Source: Candidatus Zambryskiibacteriota bacterium | GTDB lineage: Bacteria; Patescibacteriota; Minisyncoccia; Phycocordibacterales; WO2-35-19 | DNA length: 64,000 bases | Assembly (NCBI GenBank): GCA_048499675.1 | Contig: JASNZL010000007.1 | Location: forward strand, 2,401-66,400 | Reading direction: 5' to 3' | In this document: positions 40,574 to 51,156 of the stretch, one piece after another | Layout: the number at the start of each line of letters is the position of its first letter | How positions within the stretch are numbered: the stretch's first letter is position 1 | Made by a program: the position numbers and the translations under genes | The notes under the pieces: generated by a model | Database searches by the model: none | The model's input: the letters and a program-made list of their open reading frames with translations, nothing else | Told to the model about the DNA's origin: nothing

Positions 40574-41317
40574 TTAGTGGGTAATTACTGAATAGCGGGT
40601 CCATCTACGCTCACCTGTTTTCTTTATTTTCCCCTCGTTTATTAAACTAATAAGTTCTCTTTGAACTGTCTTTTCGCTACAACCTATTATGTGTGGGACA
40701 ATGTCTTTTATGGTTATGTTATCGTGACTTTTAATGAAATTGAGGATGTTCATCTTTCTTGTCTCTTTTCTTTTGTGTCCGTTACCATTTACACCATTAG
40801 TGTTTGTTTTGTTTTCTACTTTATCAAAATTATTTTGACTTGAAGTTGTTTGCGTAATTTTAAGTGTCTCGCTTGATTCAGAAATACTAGGATTTATATT
40901 TTCTGTGTTGGTTGAATTCTTTAATATATCTTCTACTTTTATGTGATTATTTGAATTTAGACCAAGAGAAAAATTATTCAACTCTTTTATAAAAGATTCG
41001 AATTCTTCTTTTATTATCTTTGCGTTCATTTTTGAAATCATTCCAGCAATAGAAGATATATCGAGCATCGACATAAGCTCTAGTGAATTTTTTTCTATCT
41101 CCCCTATTTGTCTTTTTGTATCATAAAAATTTGCGTCTTTTAATCTAACAGACATAGAAACTATTTCTAAAGACAATTTTTTTATCCTGTTTCTGATTTC
41201 TTCGTTTTCGTCCATTACATTTGATACAGCAAAAACAGCCGCGGATAATCTGTACGACTTATTGTATAGACTCATAAAACCATTATTTTTTTGAATTGTT
41301 GTATCCATAAGAGACAT
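40574..41317 (-). CDS. Hypothetical regulator with a C-terminal winged HTH
   Basis: C-terminus …IKDIVPHIIGCSEKTVQRELISLINEGKIKKTGERRWTRYSV. Confidence 0.4.
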   Translation of the reverse strand: MSLMDTTIQKNNGFMSLYNKSYRLSAAVFAVSNVMDENEEIRNRIKKLSLEIVSMSVRLKDANFYDTKRQIGEIEKNSLELMSMLDISSIAGMISKMNAKIIKEEFESFIKELNNFSLGLNSNNHIKVEDILKNSTNTENINPSISESSETLKITQTTSSQNNFDKVENKTNTNGVNGNGHKRKETRKMNILNFIKSHDNITIKDIVPHIIGCSEKTVQRELISLINEGKIKKTGERRWTRYSVITH

Positions 41318-41371
41318 TATATAGGACGCTTATTTTAAGCCATTTTGACTTATATTTTAATACTGTCCTTT

Positions 41372-41465
41372 ATATTATATACCTTTTGTCCGTTATTGTC
41401 AAGTACTTATTTCTAGTCTTTTTGATGTCTCTTATATTATATTATTTTGTCCTTTTTGACAACAA
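41372..41465 (-). promoter_or_regulatory. Tandemly duplicated ~40-bp promoter/operator unit upstream of the wHTH regulator gene
   Basis: Direct repeats tcctttatattatataccttttgtccgttattgtcaagtac and tctcttatattatattattttgtcctttttgacaacaatc. The first reads TTGACA-N17-TATAAT on the minus strand. Confidence 0.45.
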
Positions 41466-41843
41466 TCTGCAAAGCTTATGGGATCGAACTGAGAACTTAA
41501 AGACTGGGTTATTAGAGTAAAATTACACAAAAGACAAACACCAGAGCACAAATAAAACACACGCAACAAATCACAAATTAGAAAGTGACCCAAATCGTTT
41601 TAATGCTAGTATTTGTGTTTTGTAATTTATTTGGGTTCTGGGTTTTGTTTATTGAATTTTTTAGAATAATTAGGTTAATTAGAAATTAGAATAATTACTT
41701 GTCCCCAGGAACTTTAGTGAAGTGGGAGAATAATTAACTTAAGAGTAGGTAGATAATGATTCCAATTCTCTTTACTTTCAGCTCTTAGATATCACCTTTT
41801 AACACTCTCAATCCCCTATATTAAAAAGCATAAAATATGTTAT

Positions 41844-44060
41844 ATGGTATTATGTTTTTGTATGGGAAGAAGAAAAAAAAGCGAAAACAAAGACAATAAT
41901 ATTATTAAATCTAGAGCCCTAAAAGAAGAGACTATATCTTGGATTCTTGCAATACTATTTTTTGTTCTATCTATCTTTTTTGTATTGGCGTCATTTGGCA
42001 AAGGAGGAAACGTTGGTGAAGTATTGTTTATGATACTCTACAAATTGTTTGGTTATGGATATTTCCTTATACCGGGAGTATTCATGATACTTGGAGTTTC
42101 TTTTGCAAAATCAATAAAACAATCTGTGAGCACCTCAAAATTTTTGGGAGCAACTCTCTTTTTCATTTCCTCTCTGGCACTCCTAGATTTTCTTTTTGCA
42201 CAATTCGACATGGTCAAAAAAGGTGGAATCGTTGGTAACGTTTTGCACAAACCACTTGTATCACTATTTGATGTTTATGCTACTCCAATCATTCTTCTTA
42301 GTTTGATAGTTATCAGTATAATTGTAATATTTGATGCTCCATTAAATTTGAATTCGATTTTTGGATTGTTTAGAAAAAAACAAATTGAAGACGAAGAGGA
42401 CGAAGAGGAAGATATAATAATTTCCGCACCTGAAGCCTCAAAAGAGGTTGCCAAAGAAAAAGCTCCGGCTCCAGTAGAAATAAAAATGAATAAACCTCAA
42501 AATTCTAACGAAGAATTGGGAGAACTTTCTATATTCAAAAATAATTTTCTTTCAAAACCTTTTACTCCCCCACCACTTAGTCTACTCGAAAGAGACAAGG
42601 GTAAACCCGAAGTTGGTGACATAAAAGCAAACGCAAATATTATAAAGAGGACTTTGCTTAACTTTGGGATAGTCGTCGATATGGATGAAATATCCATTGG
42701 ACCGTCCGTGACAAGATACGCACTAAAACCAGCAGAAGGAGTCAAACTCTCAAAAATACTCGGGTTACAAAACAACTTGGAGCTCGCTCTTGCGGCACAC
42801 CCTGTAAGAATAGAAGCCCCTATCCCTGGGAAGTCTCTTGTTGGTATTGAGATTCCAAATTCTGTAAAAACCACTGTGGGTCTCGCTTCCCTTTTGTCAC
42901 AGAGCGAATATTCTGGTTCAGAAAAACCACTAATGGTTGGGCTTGGTAAGAGCATCACTGGAGCGTCTGTCTTTGCAAACCTTGCAAAGATGCCTCACTT
43001 GCTGATTGCTGGTGCAACTGGTTCGGGAAAATCTGTTACGATTCACGTCATCATTAATTCCCTACTATTTAGAAACTCTCCTGAAAACCTCAAGTTTATA
43101 ATGATAGACCCAAAAAGAGTTGAGCTTACTTTGTACAATAAAATATCTCATCTTTTGACACCGGTTATTACAGATGCCAAAAAAGCTATCATGTCCCTCA
43201 AGTGGGCAGCAAAAGAAATGGAGAGACGATATGATTTGCTCGAAAAAAGCAAAGTGAGGGATATTGAGTCGTATCACAAAACAATTCTTTCTCCACATTT
43301 GGAGAGAGTAAAAAAAGGAAGCGCTGAGGAACCGCTTGATATTATGCCTTATATTGTAATAGTCATAGATGAACTTGCAGATATCATGCAAGCTTATCCT
43401 AGGGAACTCGAGGCGGCGATTGTAAGACTTGCTCAAATGAGTCGTGCGGTTGGAATCCACCTTATACTCTCAACCCAGAGACCGTCTGTTAATGTCATCA
43501 CAGGTTTGATTAAAGCAAACGTACCTACCAGAATCGCCCTTCAGGTCGCATCGCAATTTGACTCAAGAACAATCCTTGATAGCGCCGGCGCTGAAAAGTT
43601 GCTCGGAGCCGGTGATATGCTGTACCAATCTGGCGAAATGTCCAAACCAATTAGACTTCAATGTCCTTATATATCAGAATCTGAGGTAAAAAAGGTTGCT
43701 GAATATTTAGTAAAAAATTACGAGGACGAAGTGCCAACTGATATAAATATGGAGTCAGCACAAGACAAAAATGTTATTTTTGATTCTGTGATTGGCGGTG
43801 ATGACGATGTTGACGACGATTTGTATGAAGATGCTCGAGAAGAAGTCATAAAAGCAGGCAGAGCTTCTACTTCTTATCTACAAAGAAAACTCCGAGTGGG
43901 CTATGCGCGAGCGGCGAGATTAATTGATATTCTAGAAGAAAAGGGTGTGATTGGTCCTGGTGATGGAGCAAAGCCAAGAGATGTTTTAATCAAACCAGAA
44001 GGAGGTTTTGAAACAGATAGTAACGAAGAAGATAATTTTGAAAACAATGAGAGAATATAG
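41844..44060 (+). CDS. ftsK: DNA translocase FtsK/SpoIIIE
   Basis: N-terminal TM helices, Walker A GATGSGKSV, and a C-terminal gamma domain (…YLQRKLRVGYARAARLIDILEEKGVIG). The true start is probably the ATG at ~41862. Confidence 0.85.
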   Translation: MVLCFCMGRRKKSENKDNNIIKSRALKEETISWILAILFFVLSIFFVLASFGKGGNVGEVLFMILYKLFGYGYFLIPGVFMILGVSFAKSIKQSVSTSKFLGATLFFISSLALLDFLFAQFDMVKKGGIVGNVLHKPLVSLFDVYATPIILLSLIVISIIVIFDAPLNLNSIFGLFRKKQIEDEEDEEEDIIISAPEASKEVAKEKAPAPVEIKMNKPQNSNEELGELSIFKNNFLSKPFTPPPLSLLERDKGKPEVGDIKANANIIKRTLLNFGIVVDMDEISIGPSVTRYALKPAEGVKLSKILGLQNNLELALAAHPVRIEAPIPGKSLVGIEIPNSVKTTVGLASLLSQSEYSGSEKPLMVGLGKSITGASVFANLAKMPHLLIAGATGSGKSVTIHVIINSLLFRNSPENLKFIMIDPKRVELTLYNKISHLLTPVITDAKKAIMSLKWAAKEMERRYDLLEKSKVRDIESYHKTILSPHLERVKKGSAEEPLDIMPYIVIVIDELADIMQAYPRELEAAIVRLAQMSRAVGIHLILSTQRPSVNVITGLIKANVPTRIALQVASQFDSRTILDSAGAEKLLGAGDMLYQSGEMSKPIRLQCPYISESEVKKVAEYLVKNYEDEVPTDINMESAQDKNVIFDSVIGGDDDVDDDLYEDAREEVIKAGRASTSYLQRKLRVGYARAARLIDILEEKGVIGPGDGAKPRDVLIKPEGGFETDSNEEDNFENNERI

Positions 44061-44496
44061 ATTAGAAGAAGGATTTAATGTCAGATTGTTTGTTATCATA
44101 CTTTCGGCGTGTCTACTTGTTGTGTATGGACTTTTTAACGCTAGAAATCTTATCCTCGGCCCATCAATAGAAATTTGGAGTCCGATAACAAAAGAATTGA
44201 ACACGAGCGAAAACACAATAACTATCAAAGGTAATGTTAAGAATGCAACTTTTTTGCGAGTAAATGGTAGAGCAATGACAGTTGATGTGGAGGGAAATTT
44301 TAAAGAAAAACTTCTTTTGACACCCGGTTTTAATACAATTACCATCCAAGCCATTGATAGATTTAAAAAAGAAGAAAATGAAATAATAAAAGTATTTTAT
44401 GAACCCAAAATAGTGGCGGAAGAAAATTTAGAAACAGAAGAAAATTTCCTTAATGAAATTAGCAAAAAAGAAAATAGTGTAGATCGAGTAAATTAA
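44047..44496 (+). CDS. Hypothetical membrane-anchored protein
   Basis: Overlaps the ftsK stop. One TM helix followed by a beta-rich domain. The track gives a start at 44008. Confidence 0.3.
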   Translation: MREYRLEEGFNVRLFVIILSACLLVVYGLFNARNLILGPSIEIWSPITKELNTSENTITIKGNVKNATFLRVNGRAMTVDVEGNFKEKLLLTPGFNTITIQAIDRFKKEENEIIKVFYEPKIVAEENLETEENFLNEISKKENSVDRVN

Positions 44497-44512
44497 TAAT
44501 TATTCCAAAAAT

Positions 44513-45601
44513 ATGGCAAAAAAAGAAAAAACAGTAAAAAATTCAAAAGAAACACCCTCAAAAGAGGACAGAGTTTTGGATGCGATAAGAGAAATAAAGA
44601 CAAAATTTGGAGATGATTCAATAATGATGCTTGGCGAAAAACCTCATCTGGATATAAATACAATCCCAACAGGTTCTATTGGACTTGATTCAGCGCTTGG
44701 TGTAGGAGGTGTGCCGAGAGGAAGAATAATTGAAATTTTTGGACCAGAATCAAGCGGTAAAACAACTCTTTCTTTACACATTATTGCGGAAGCTCAAAAG
44801 AAAAATGGAGTTTGTGCTTTTATAGACGCAGAACATGCTCTTGACCCAGAATATGCTGAGAGACTTGGAGTAAAAATAAATGAGCTTTTAATTTCTCAAC
44901 CAGATAATGGCGAGCAGGCTCTCGAAATAGTTGATTCTCTTGTTAGGTCAGGAAAAATTGATGTTATCGTTGTTGACTCTGTGGCAGCACTTACACCCAA
45001 AGATGAGATAGAGGGAGATATGGGTGCTCACCACGTAGGAAAACAAGCGAGACTTATGTCTCAGGCCTTAAGAAAACTTACAGCGATTGTTGCAAAATCA
45101 AAAACCGTTGTTATTTTTATAAATCAAATAAGAATGCAGATTGGTGTTATGTTTGGTAATCCAGAAACAACTCCTGGAGGAAAAGCGTTGAAGTTCTATA
45201 CTAGCGTACGTTTGGATATCAGACGAATTGCTCAAATAAAGAAGGGTGAAGAAATTATGGGTGGTCGTGTCAGAGTGAAAGTGGTCAAAAACAAAGTGGC
45301 GGCTCCATTTAAACAGACGGAGTTTGATTTGATGTATAACGAAGGAATTTCTAGAGAGGGTGAAATAATTGCTCTTGGAGAAAAAATGAAAATAATACAG
45401 AAATCTGGAAGCTCTTATGCATACGGAGAGACAAAGCTAGGTAGAGGCTATGACTCAACGAGACAATTCTTGAAAGAAAACAAAGATTTATCTGATGAAA
45501 TTTTGGAACAGATAAGAGAAGGATTGCATAAAAATGGTGGTTCGAGCGTGCCTGTATCCCCTTCTGAAAAAGAGGAGGCGGATGAAGCACCAGAAGAATA
45601 G
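44513..45601 (+). CDS. recA: Recombinase RecA
   Basis: GPESSGKTT Walker A and the full RecA core. Confidence 0.95.
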   Translation: MAKKEKTVKNSKETPSKEDRVLDAIREIKTKFGDDSIMMLGEKPHLDINTIPTGSIGLDSALGVGGVPRGRIIEIFGPESSGKTTLSLHIIAEAQKKNGVCAFIDAEHALDPEYAERLGVKINELLISQPDNGEQALEIVDSLVRSGKIDVIVVDSVAALTPKDEIEGDMGAHHVGKQARLMSQALRKLTAIVAKSKTVVIFINQIRMQIGVMFGNPETTPGGKALKFYTSVRLDIRRIAQIKKGEEIMGGRVRVKVVKNKVAAPFKQTEFDLMYNEGISREGEIIALGEKMKIIQKSGSSYAYGETKLGRGYDSTRQFLKENKDLSDEILEQIREGLHKNGGSSVPVSPSEKEEADEAPEE

Positions 45602-45692
45602 TAAGGAAGGTTTTAGTTTACAGAAACAGAAAATCAAGCTATAAAAAAGTCAAGTGGATTTTGGCCTTATTTTAGGGTATTATCAGTAATAT

Positions 45693-45716
45693 CCCCGCAT
45701 ATTTTGCGGGTTTAAA
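45693..45716 (+). terminator. Rho-independent terminator after recA
   Basis: CCCGCATATTTTGCGGGTTT. Confidence 0.55.
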
Positions 45717-45774
45717 TTGAGCAAAATGTGCGGGACGAAGATTTTTATTATCGCTTCGCTCATTAAAAAATGTC

Positions 45775-46335
45775 ATGCTTGAATACAACGAAATAACAGT
45801 TGGAAAATTTATAATATTTAACGAGGAACCCTGGGAAGTTATCGCTTCGCATGTTTTTCGCAAACAACAAAGGAAGCCAGTTAACGCTACAAAACTAAGA
45901 AATCTAATAACCGGAAGAATAACCGAAAACTCTTTTCATCAATCAGAAAAAGTAAAAGAAGCAGAGCTTGAATCAATGGATATAAAATTTATATATGAAG
46001 CCAAGGGAGAATACTGGTTCCACGAGGAAGGAAAGCCAGCAAACAGATTTGCTCTAAAAGAAGAGCAGATTGGTTTGGGTGCAAAATTCATAAAAAAAGA
46101 CACTGTGGTTAGAGCTATGATTTTTGATGATAAAATAATAGGTGTGAAGATGCCTATCAAGATTGAACTAAAAGTTGTGGAAGCGCCTCCGGCAATAAAA
46201 GGAAATACTGCTCAGGGCGGAAACAAAGTGGTCAAAGTAGAGACAGGCGCAACCGTAAACGCTCCCCTATTTATAAACGAAGGAGACACAATTAGAGTAA
46301 ACACTGGCACTGGTGAATATGTAGAAAGAGTCTAG
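45775..46335 (+). CDS. efp: Elongation factor P
   Basis: Three-domain EF-P. The loop around the modified residue reads FRKQQRKPVNATKLRNL and lacks the usual PGKG motif. Confidence 0.85.
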   Translation: MLEYNEITVGKFIIFNEEPWEVIASHVFRKQQRKPVNATKLRNLITGRITENSFHQSEKVKEAELESMDIKFIYEAKGEYWFHEEGKPANRFALKEEQIGLGAKFIKKDTVVRAMIFDDKIIGVKMPIKIELKVVEAPPAIKGNTAQGGNKVVKVETGATVNAPLFINEGDTIRVNTGTGEYVERV

Positions 46336-46339
46336 TTTA

Positions 46340-46699
46340 CTAAAAATTAAACTTACCTTTTAGATTTTTTCTTTCAGCAATATAAATAGATGTTGCTGAA
46401 ATAATTAGACCCAGAAGTAACCCTATGTCATTATGGGCGTTGTCTAATATTCTTTGGACGGAAACTATAAACAGGGTGAGTATTGAAAAAATAAAATATG
46501 GGACGCGCCATGATTTGTTTTGATCAACAAAAAACCACAAAACATAAAGAACAAAAAAGGTGGCGGTGAGGTGAAATGATGCATCAAACAAAATATTGCT
46601 CCCCCAGATTTTCATAGGTAAATATTTTAAAAGGAACAAACCACAACCCATCAAAACACCTGTTATTATTATTTTGTTTAATTGTTTTATCTTCTTCAT
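46340..46699 (-). CDS. Hypothetical membrane protein
   Basis: Four predicted TM helices. Confidence 0.3.
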   Translation of the reverse strand: MKKIKQLNKIIITGVLMGCGLFLLKYLPMKIWGSNILFDASFHLTATFFVLYVLWFFVDQNKSWRVPYFIFSILTLFIVSVQRILDNAHNDIGLLLGLIISATSIYIAERKNLKGKFNF

Positions 46700-46827
46700 T
46701 GATTTAATTATATAATATTTTTAAGTACATAAATAATATTAATCAGATTCTAAACAAAAAAAATACAAGGCATTGCCTTGTATTTTTTTACTGAAAGAAT
46801 TATTGGAAACTTACGGCTCAAGATATA

Positions 46828-47037
46828 CTATCGAGAAACATAAGGTAGTAGGGCCATAAATCTTGCTCTTTTTACAGCAACACTTAGCTTCTTTTGATAT
46901 TCTGCTGATACTCCTGTTCTTTTTTTGGATAATATTCTTGCGTGCGGATTAAGAAACTTTTTTAAAAGTTCAGTGTCTTTGTAATCCACATATTTTATTC
47001 CATTTTGTTTGAAATAACAATCTTGTTTTTTTGACAT
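46828..47037 (-). CDS. rpsR: 30S ribosomal protein S18
   Basis: …RARFMALLPYVS…; conserved rpsF-ssb-rpsR gene order. Confidence 0.85.
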   Translation of the reverse strand: MSKKQDCYFKQNGIKYVDYKDTELLKKFLNPHARILSKKRTGVSAEYQKKLSVAVKRARFMALLPYVSR

Positions 47038-47075
47038 AATTTTAAAATAATTAGTTTAATTAAAAATTAGAATAA

Positions 47076-47531
47076 TTAAAATGGTATATCTTCTGCATTT
47101 ATTTCTTCTTCTGGATACTCTATTGATGGCACTTCTTCTTTTTTGGTTTCCTTGTTTGAATCAAGAGAAGAATCATCGGCTTTGTTATATCCAGACGATG
47201 TACCACTTTTAGGGCCGAATTGTATTCTGTCAGCCACTATTTCTGTTCTGTATCTCTTTGTTCCATCTTGTGCATCCCAACTTCTTGTTTGAATTCTTCC
47301 TTCAACAAAAAGTCCATTTCCTTTGTGTATGTACTGTTTAACCAAATCAGCTTGTCTGCCAAATACCACAACATTGTGATAATCGGTAGACTCTTGTTTT
47401 GCTCCATTTTTGTCTTTCCATACCCTGTTTGTAGCAATAGAGAATTCACAAACTTGCATACCTGAAGGCAGAGATTTCAACTCTGGGTCTCGTGTTAGAT
47501 TACCGTAGATGATTGCTTTGTTTATATACAT
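47076..47531 (-). CDS. ssb: Single-stranded DNA-binding protein
   Basis: OB fold with MYINKAIIYGNLTRDPEL… and the acidic C-terminal tip DIPF. Confidence 0.9.
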   Translation of the reverse strand: MYINKAIIYGNLTRDPELKSLPSGMQVCEFSIATNRVWKDKNGAKQESTDYHNVVVFGRQADLVKQYIHKGNGLFVEGRIQTRSWDAQDGTKRYRTEIVADRIQFGPKSGTSSGYNKADDSSLDSNKETKKEEVPSIEYPEEEINAEDIPF

Positions 47532-47572
47532 TTTGTTAGAGATTAAATTTAATAATCAAACTCCCAAATAAT

Positions 47573-48076
47573 TTATAGCTCTTCATCTACTACAAGTTCA
47601 TCTATACTCTTATCTATCTCTTTTTCATCCAATTCCACTTTCTCTGCCAGATCCTTTTCATCAACAACTTCTGTTTCTTTTTCTTTTTTATAAGTTGGTG
47701 TTTTAAGAATAGAAATTGTGTTTTCTTTGACTGTCTTTATGATTAAAAATCTAAGTATATTCTCTAATGTTTCTACTTTATTTTTCAAACCAAGAACTTT
47801 TGATCTATCCATTTCAAACTTTATCCAACCAAAATAAGCCTTGTTGAATTTTAGACTCTTTGCATCAACTTTCTTGTCTATATCAAAAGCAAGTTGCTTT
47901 AGTGTTGGGTTACTTTCTGAAATAACGACTCCCTCATTATCTGAAATCAAAGTGTGAATTTTTGATACTTCAACTTGTAAATCTTCTTCGGGTACTGTAG
48001 GTAATATGTGGTACCCCAATTCATACACCTCTATATCTCCTAAATCTTTTGTTTTATCTTCCATAATAAACACCAA
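47573..48076 (-). CDS. rpsF: 30S ribosomal protein S6 with an acidic C-terminal extension
   Basis: Position upstream of ssb-rpsR and the S6 fold pattern (YELGYHILP…LAFDI…ILRFLIIK). Confidence 0.65.
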   Translation of the reverse strand: MVFIMEDKTKDLGDIEVYELGYHILPTVPEEDLQVEVSKIHTLISDNEGVVISESNPTLKQLAFDIDKKVDAKSLKFNKAYFGWIKFEMDRSKVLGLKNKVETLENILRFLIIKTVKENTISILKTPTYKKEKETEVVDEKDLAEKVELDEKEIDKSIDELVVDEEL

Positions 48077-48389
48077 ACGGCTCTAATGGTTAATTAGACA
48101 GAGGCGTTATATTAAAAGTGCCTCGGGCTTGGTTTAAAGGATAATAACATAAAAAAAGACCTTGTACAATACAGCACACAGACCCATGACTCCCCTTAGC
48201 GAACAAACGACAGAATTGTAAATAATAGATTGAAAGCCGAAATACGAGTTACGAGTTACGATAAAATTTTAAATTGAAAATTCAAAATTAATACATTTAT
48301 TAAAAATTTAATGGGTAAGATTAGTAGGTATTAGTAATTAGTGGACTACTTTTAAACATGCGCCTTTATGAACTTTCTAACTAACTCTA

Positions 48390-49193
48390 TTATTTTAAGT
48401 TAAAGAACCTTATTGCATTCTGAAGGAGTATATTTCTAACAGTTTCAAAATCTTCGCCTCTTATTTCTGCAATCTTTTTTACAATCAAAGGGACAAAAAA
48501 TGGTGAATTCCTCTCTCCTCTGTGAGGAGTTGGTGCAACGAAAGGTGCATCTGTCTCTGACATAATTTTTTCGATTGGAGTGTATTTTATATATTCATCA
48601 TAATCTTCTGTAAAAGTAATAACACCAGTAAAAGAAACAGAAAAGCCAATATCTAAAAATCTTTTTAGAATTTCCATATTGCCAGCAAAAAAATGCGCGT
48701 TGCCTTTTAGTTTTTCTCCTTCAATCTTATAGTGACTTTCTAAAATTTCTAAAGTATCAAGATATGCGTCCATATCATTCTTACTGGGCCTAATATGGAG
48801 CATTAGAGGCTTGCTTACTGATAAAGATAATTTGATATGTTCTTCAAATATATTCTTTTGTGCTTTTTTTATTTTTTCTTCGTCACCTTCCAATCTAAAA
48901 TAATCTAGACCACACTCACCTATTGCTACAACCTTAGGGTGTTTTGCGAGCTCATTAATTTGTTCATCAAAAATAGAATCTGGTTTTGTATATCCCGGAT
49001 GATCTCCTACGGAGGCAAAAAAATATTCATTTTGTTCTGCCAAGTCTATTGCTGATTTTGATGACAAAAAATCAGTCCCGATGGTAATCGTTCCTATTCC
49101 TGCTTCTTTTATTTTCTTTATTTCTTCTTCTCTATCAATATCAAACTCTGGGAAATAAAGATGCGAATGTATATCAAAATATTTTAAATTCAT
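48390..49193 (-). CDS. TatD-family metal-dependent hydrolase
   Basis: FDIHSHL N-terminal motif and ETDAPFVAPTPHRGERNSP C-terminal motif. Confidence 0.8.
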   Translation of the reverse strand: MNLKYFDIHSHLYFPEFDIDREEEIKKIKEAGIGTITIGTDFLSSKSAIDLAEQNEYFFASVGDHPGYTKPDSIFDEQINELAKHPKVVAIGECGLDYFRLEGDEEKIKKAQKNIFEEHIKLSLSVSKPLMLHIRPSKNDMDAYLDTLEILESHYKIEGEKLKGNAHFFAGNMEILKRFLDIGFSVSFTGVITFTEDYDEYIKYTPIEKIMSETDAPFVAPTPHRGERNSPFFVPLIVKKIAEIRGEDFETVRNILLQNAIRFFNLK

Positions 49194-49239
49194 AATTGTT
49201 GGTATACCTGATTATAAAGAATAGTTGTACTAAAGGAAA

Positions 49240-49261
49240 GGTTCCGCATTTCTGCGGAACC
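49240..49261 (-). terminator. Rho-independent terminator
   Basis: GGTTCCGCATTTCTGCGGAACC followed by TTTCCTTT on the minus strand. Confidence 0.55.
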
Positions 49262-49267
49262 GAATCT

Positions 49268-49639
49268 CTAAATATCCAGAACCTGCTTCAATTCGCTCGG
49301 AAAGATGCCGTACATTTCTTCTGGGCACCTTTCAATTACTGCTGTTGCCCCGCCACGTCTTGCTTTTGACAATTCTTCCTTGTTGGTAGAGAGAGCAAGG
49401 ACCGGCAATTTACCGTATTTCTTTCTGATATTTAAAGTGAGTGATACACCATCCATTGATGGCATATTTATTTCCGTGATGACTATTGAAACATTTTGGG
49501 TCTCAATAATATCGAGAGCTTGTAAGCCATTATTTGCCTCAAAGAATTCAAATTGGATTCCTTCAAATTTTTTGACTATAAAAGACATGAGTAGTCTTCT
49601 GGCTTGCTCATTGTCACCAACAATCAATATCCTTTTCAT
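49268..49639 (-). CDS. Stand-alone CheY-like receiver domain with an atypical phospho-acceptor site (Glu in place of Asp)
   Basis: Receiver fold (ILIVGDNE…VITEINMPSMDG…LALST…). The usual DxNMPxMDG aspartate is E in ITEINMP, and the first acidic pair is reduced to G-D. Confidence 0.65.
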   Translation of the reverse strand: MKRILIVGDNEQARRLLMSFIVKKFEGIQFEFFEANNGLQALDIIETQNVSIVITEINMPSMDGVSLTLNIRKKYGKLPVLALSTNKEELSKARRGGATAVIERCPEEMYGIFPSELKQVLDI

Positions 49640-49750
49640 CTTTCAAAACCTCCAACTAGAGAATAGCAAGAAGCAAATTGAATTTCAAATTTTAATCTTT
49701 TCTAGCAAATAGGGGTTTTTCAGGAGTTTTGTTTGCTTTTATTAATTCTT

Positions 49751-51142
49751 TTATTTTTGAAGAAGTTTCAGGAAGAAAAGGAGAAAGATTTTGGCAACTT
49801 CATAGAGCTCATTTACCAATTCTTCAATGACTTTTACTCCCTTGATTTTTTCCTCTGGAGTCCCCTTTACTAAAGAGAAAGGTTTTGTATCTTGGATTTT
49901 TTTATCCATCTCCCCTATTTTTTGCCAAATTACATCCATAGCTTTCTGCAAATCAAAATTTAGAATTGCTTCAGTATATTCTTTTGAAGTTTGTTCGTAA
50001 TTCGTATCTCGTACTTCGTATTTCTTATCTTCAGCCATCTTCATCACTCTTGAAACCAAATTACCCAGACCATTAGCAAGACCGGAATTATAAGAATCTT
50101 TGAACCTCTCCATCGTAAAAGGACTGTCTTCAAAACTTGAGATTTCTTTTAGGAGAAAATATCTCAAAGCATCTACTCCATATTCTTCTGATACTTTTTT
50201 TGGATCAACTACATTTCCTAGTGATTTTGACATCTTTACACCACCCTCCGCAGTAATATGTCCGTTTACTACAATTTTATCTGTATTTGAAATACCGCAA
50301 GCCATAAGCATTGCTTGCCACATCACCGCTTGGAATCGAGTATTGTCCTTACCACAGTATTGAAGTGGTGTACCACTTATCCAATACTTTTCAAAATTTG
50401 AATCGTCGCCACTTCCCCAACCCAAAGCGGTTATATAATTTGTAAGCGCATCAAACCAAACGTACATCACATGATCTTTGTCGTCAGGAACCTCTATACC
50501 CCAAGGCATTTTTGATTTTAATCTTGAAATACTGAAGTCTTGTAATCCTCTTTTTACAAAAGAGATTATTTCATTGTATCTAAATTGAGGTACAACAAAT
50601 TTAGGATTTTTATCATAAAAATCTAGGAGCTTGTCTTGAAATTTTGAGAAAGCAAAAAAATAATTCTCTTCTTCTATTATTTCCAAATCTCTGTTTGGAT
50701 GAACTCTACATCTACCATTTTCTAAATCTGAATCAGTCTTTTCTTCTTCACATCCTACGCAATACTTTGTTTTATAATTTTTTTTGTAGATGTATCCATT
50801 TGCTTTTACTTTTTTCCAGAATTCTTGAGCTCCTACTATGTGATTTTTATCTGTAGTCCTTATGTAATTAATATCTCTAGATACTCCAAAAGATTTTAGT
50901 TGTTCTTTAAAGTTTATAAAGGCTTCGTTTACAAATTTTTGAGGGTCTTTATTGTTTAGAATCGCTTTTTCGTATATTTTCATACCATGCTCATCTGTAC
51001 CGGTATTAAAAAAAACATCAAAACCATTTATTTTTTTATACCTATACAAAGCATCCGCCCTAATTATCTCAAGAGCGTGCCCCATATGGAGGTTTGCATT
51101 TACATAAGGAAGAGTTGTTGTTATATAGAATGTTTTAGACAT
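49751..51142 (-). CDS. metG: Methionyl-tRNA synthetase (short form without the C-terminal tRNA-binding domain)
   Basis: PYVNANLHMGHA and KMSKSLGN class I motifs. Confidence 0.9.
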   Translation of the reverse strand: MSKTFYITTTLPYVNANLHMGHALEIIRADALYRYKKINGFDVFFNTGTDEHGMKIYEKAILNNKDPQKFVNEAFINFKEQLKSFGVSRDINYIRTTDKNHIVGAQEFWKKVKANGYIYKKNYKTKYCVGCEEEKTDSDLENGRCRVHPNRDLEIIEEENYFFAFSKFQDKLLDFYDKNPKFVVPQFRYNEIISFVKRGLQDFSISRLKSKMPWGIEVPDDKDHVMYVWFDALTNYITALGWGSGDDSNFEKYWISGTPLQYCGKDNTRFQAVMWQAMLMACGISNTDKIVVNGHITAEGGVKMSKSLGNVVDPKKVSEEYGVDALRYFLLKEISSFEDSPFTMERFKDSYNSGLANGLGNLVSRVMKMAEDKKYEVRDTNYEQTSKEYTEAILNFDLQKAMDVIWQKIGEMDKKIQDTKPFSLVKGTPEEKIKGVKVIEELVNELYEVAKIFLLFFLKLLQK

Positions 51143-51156
51143 TTCTCAATACTACC

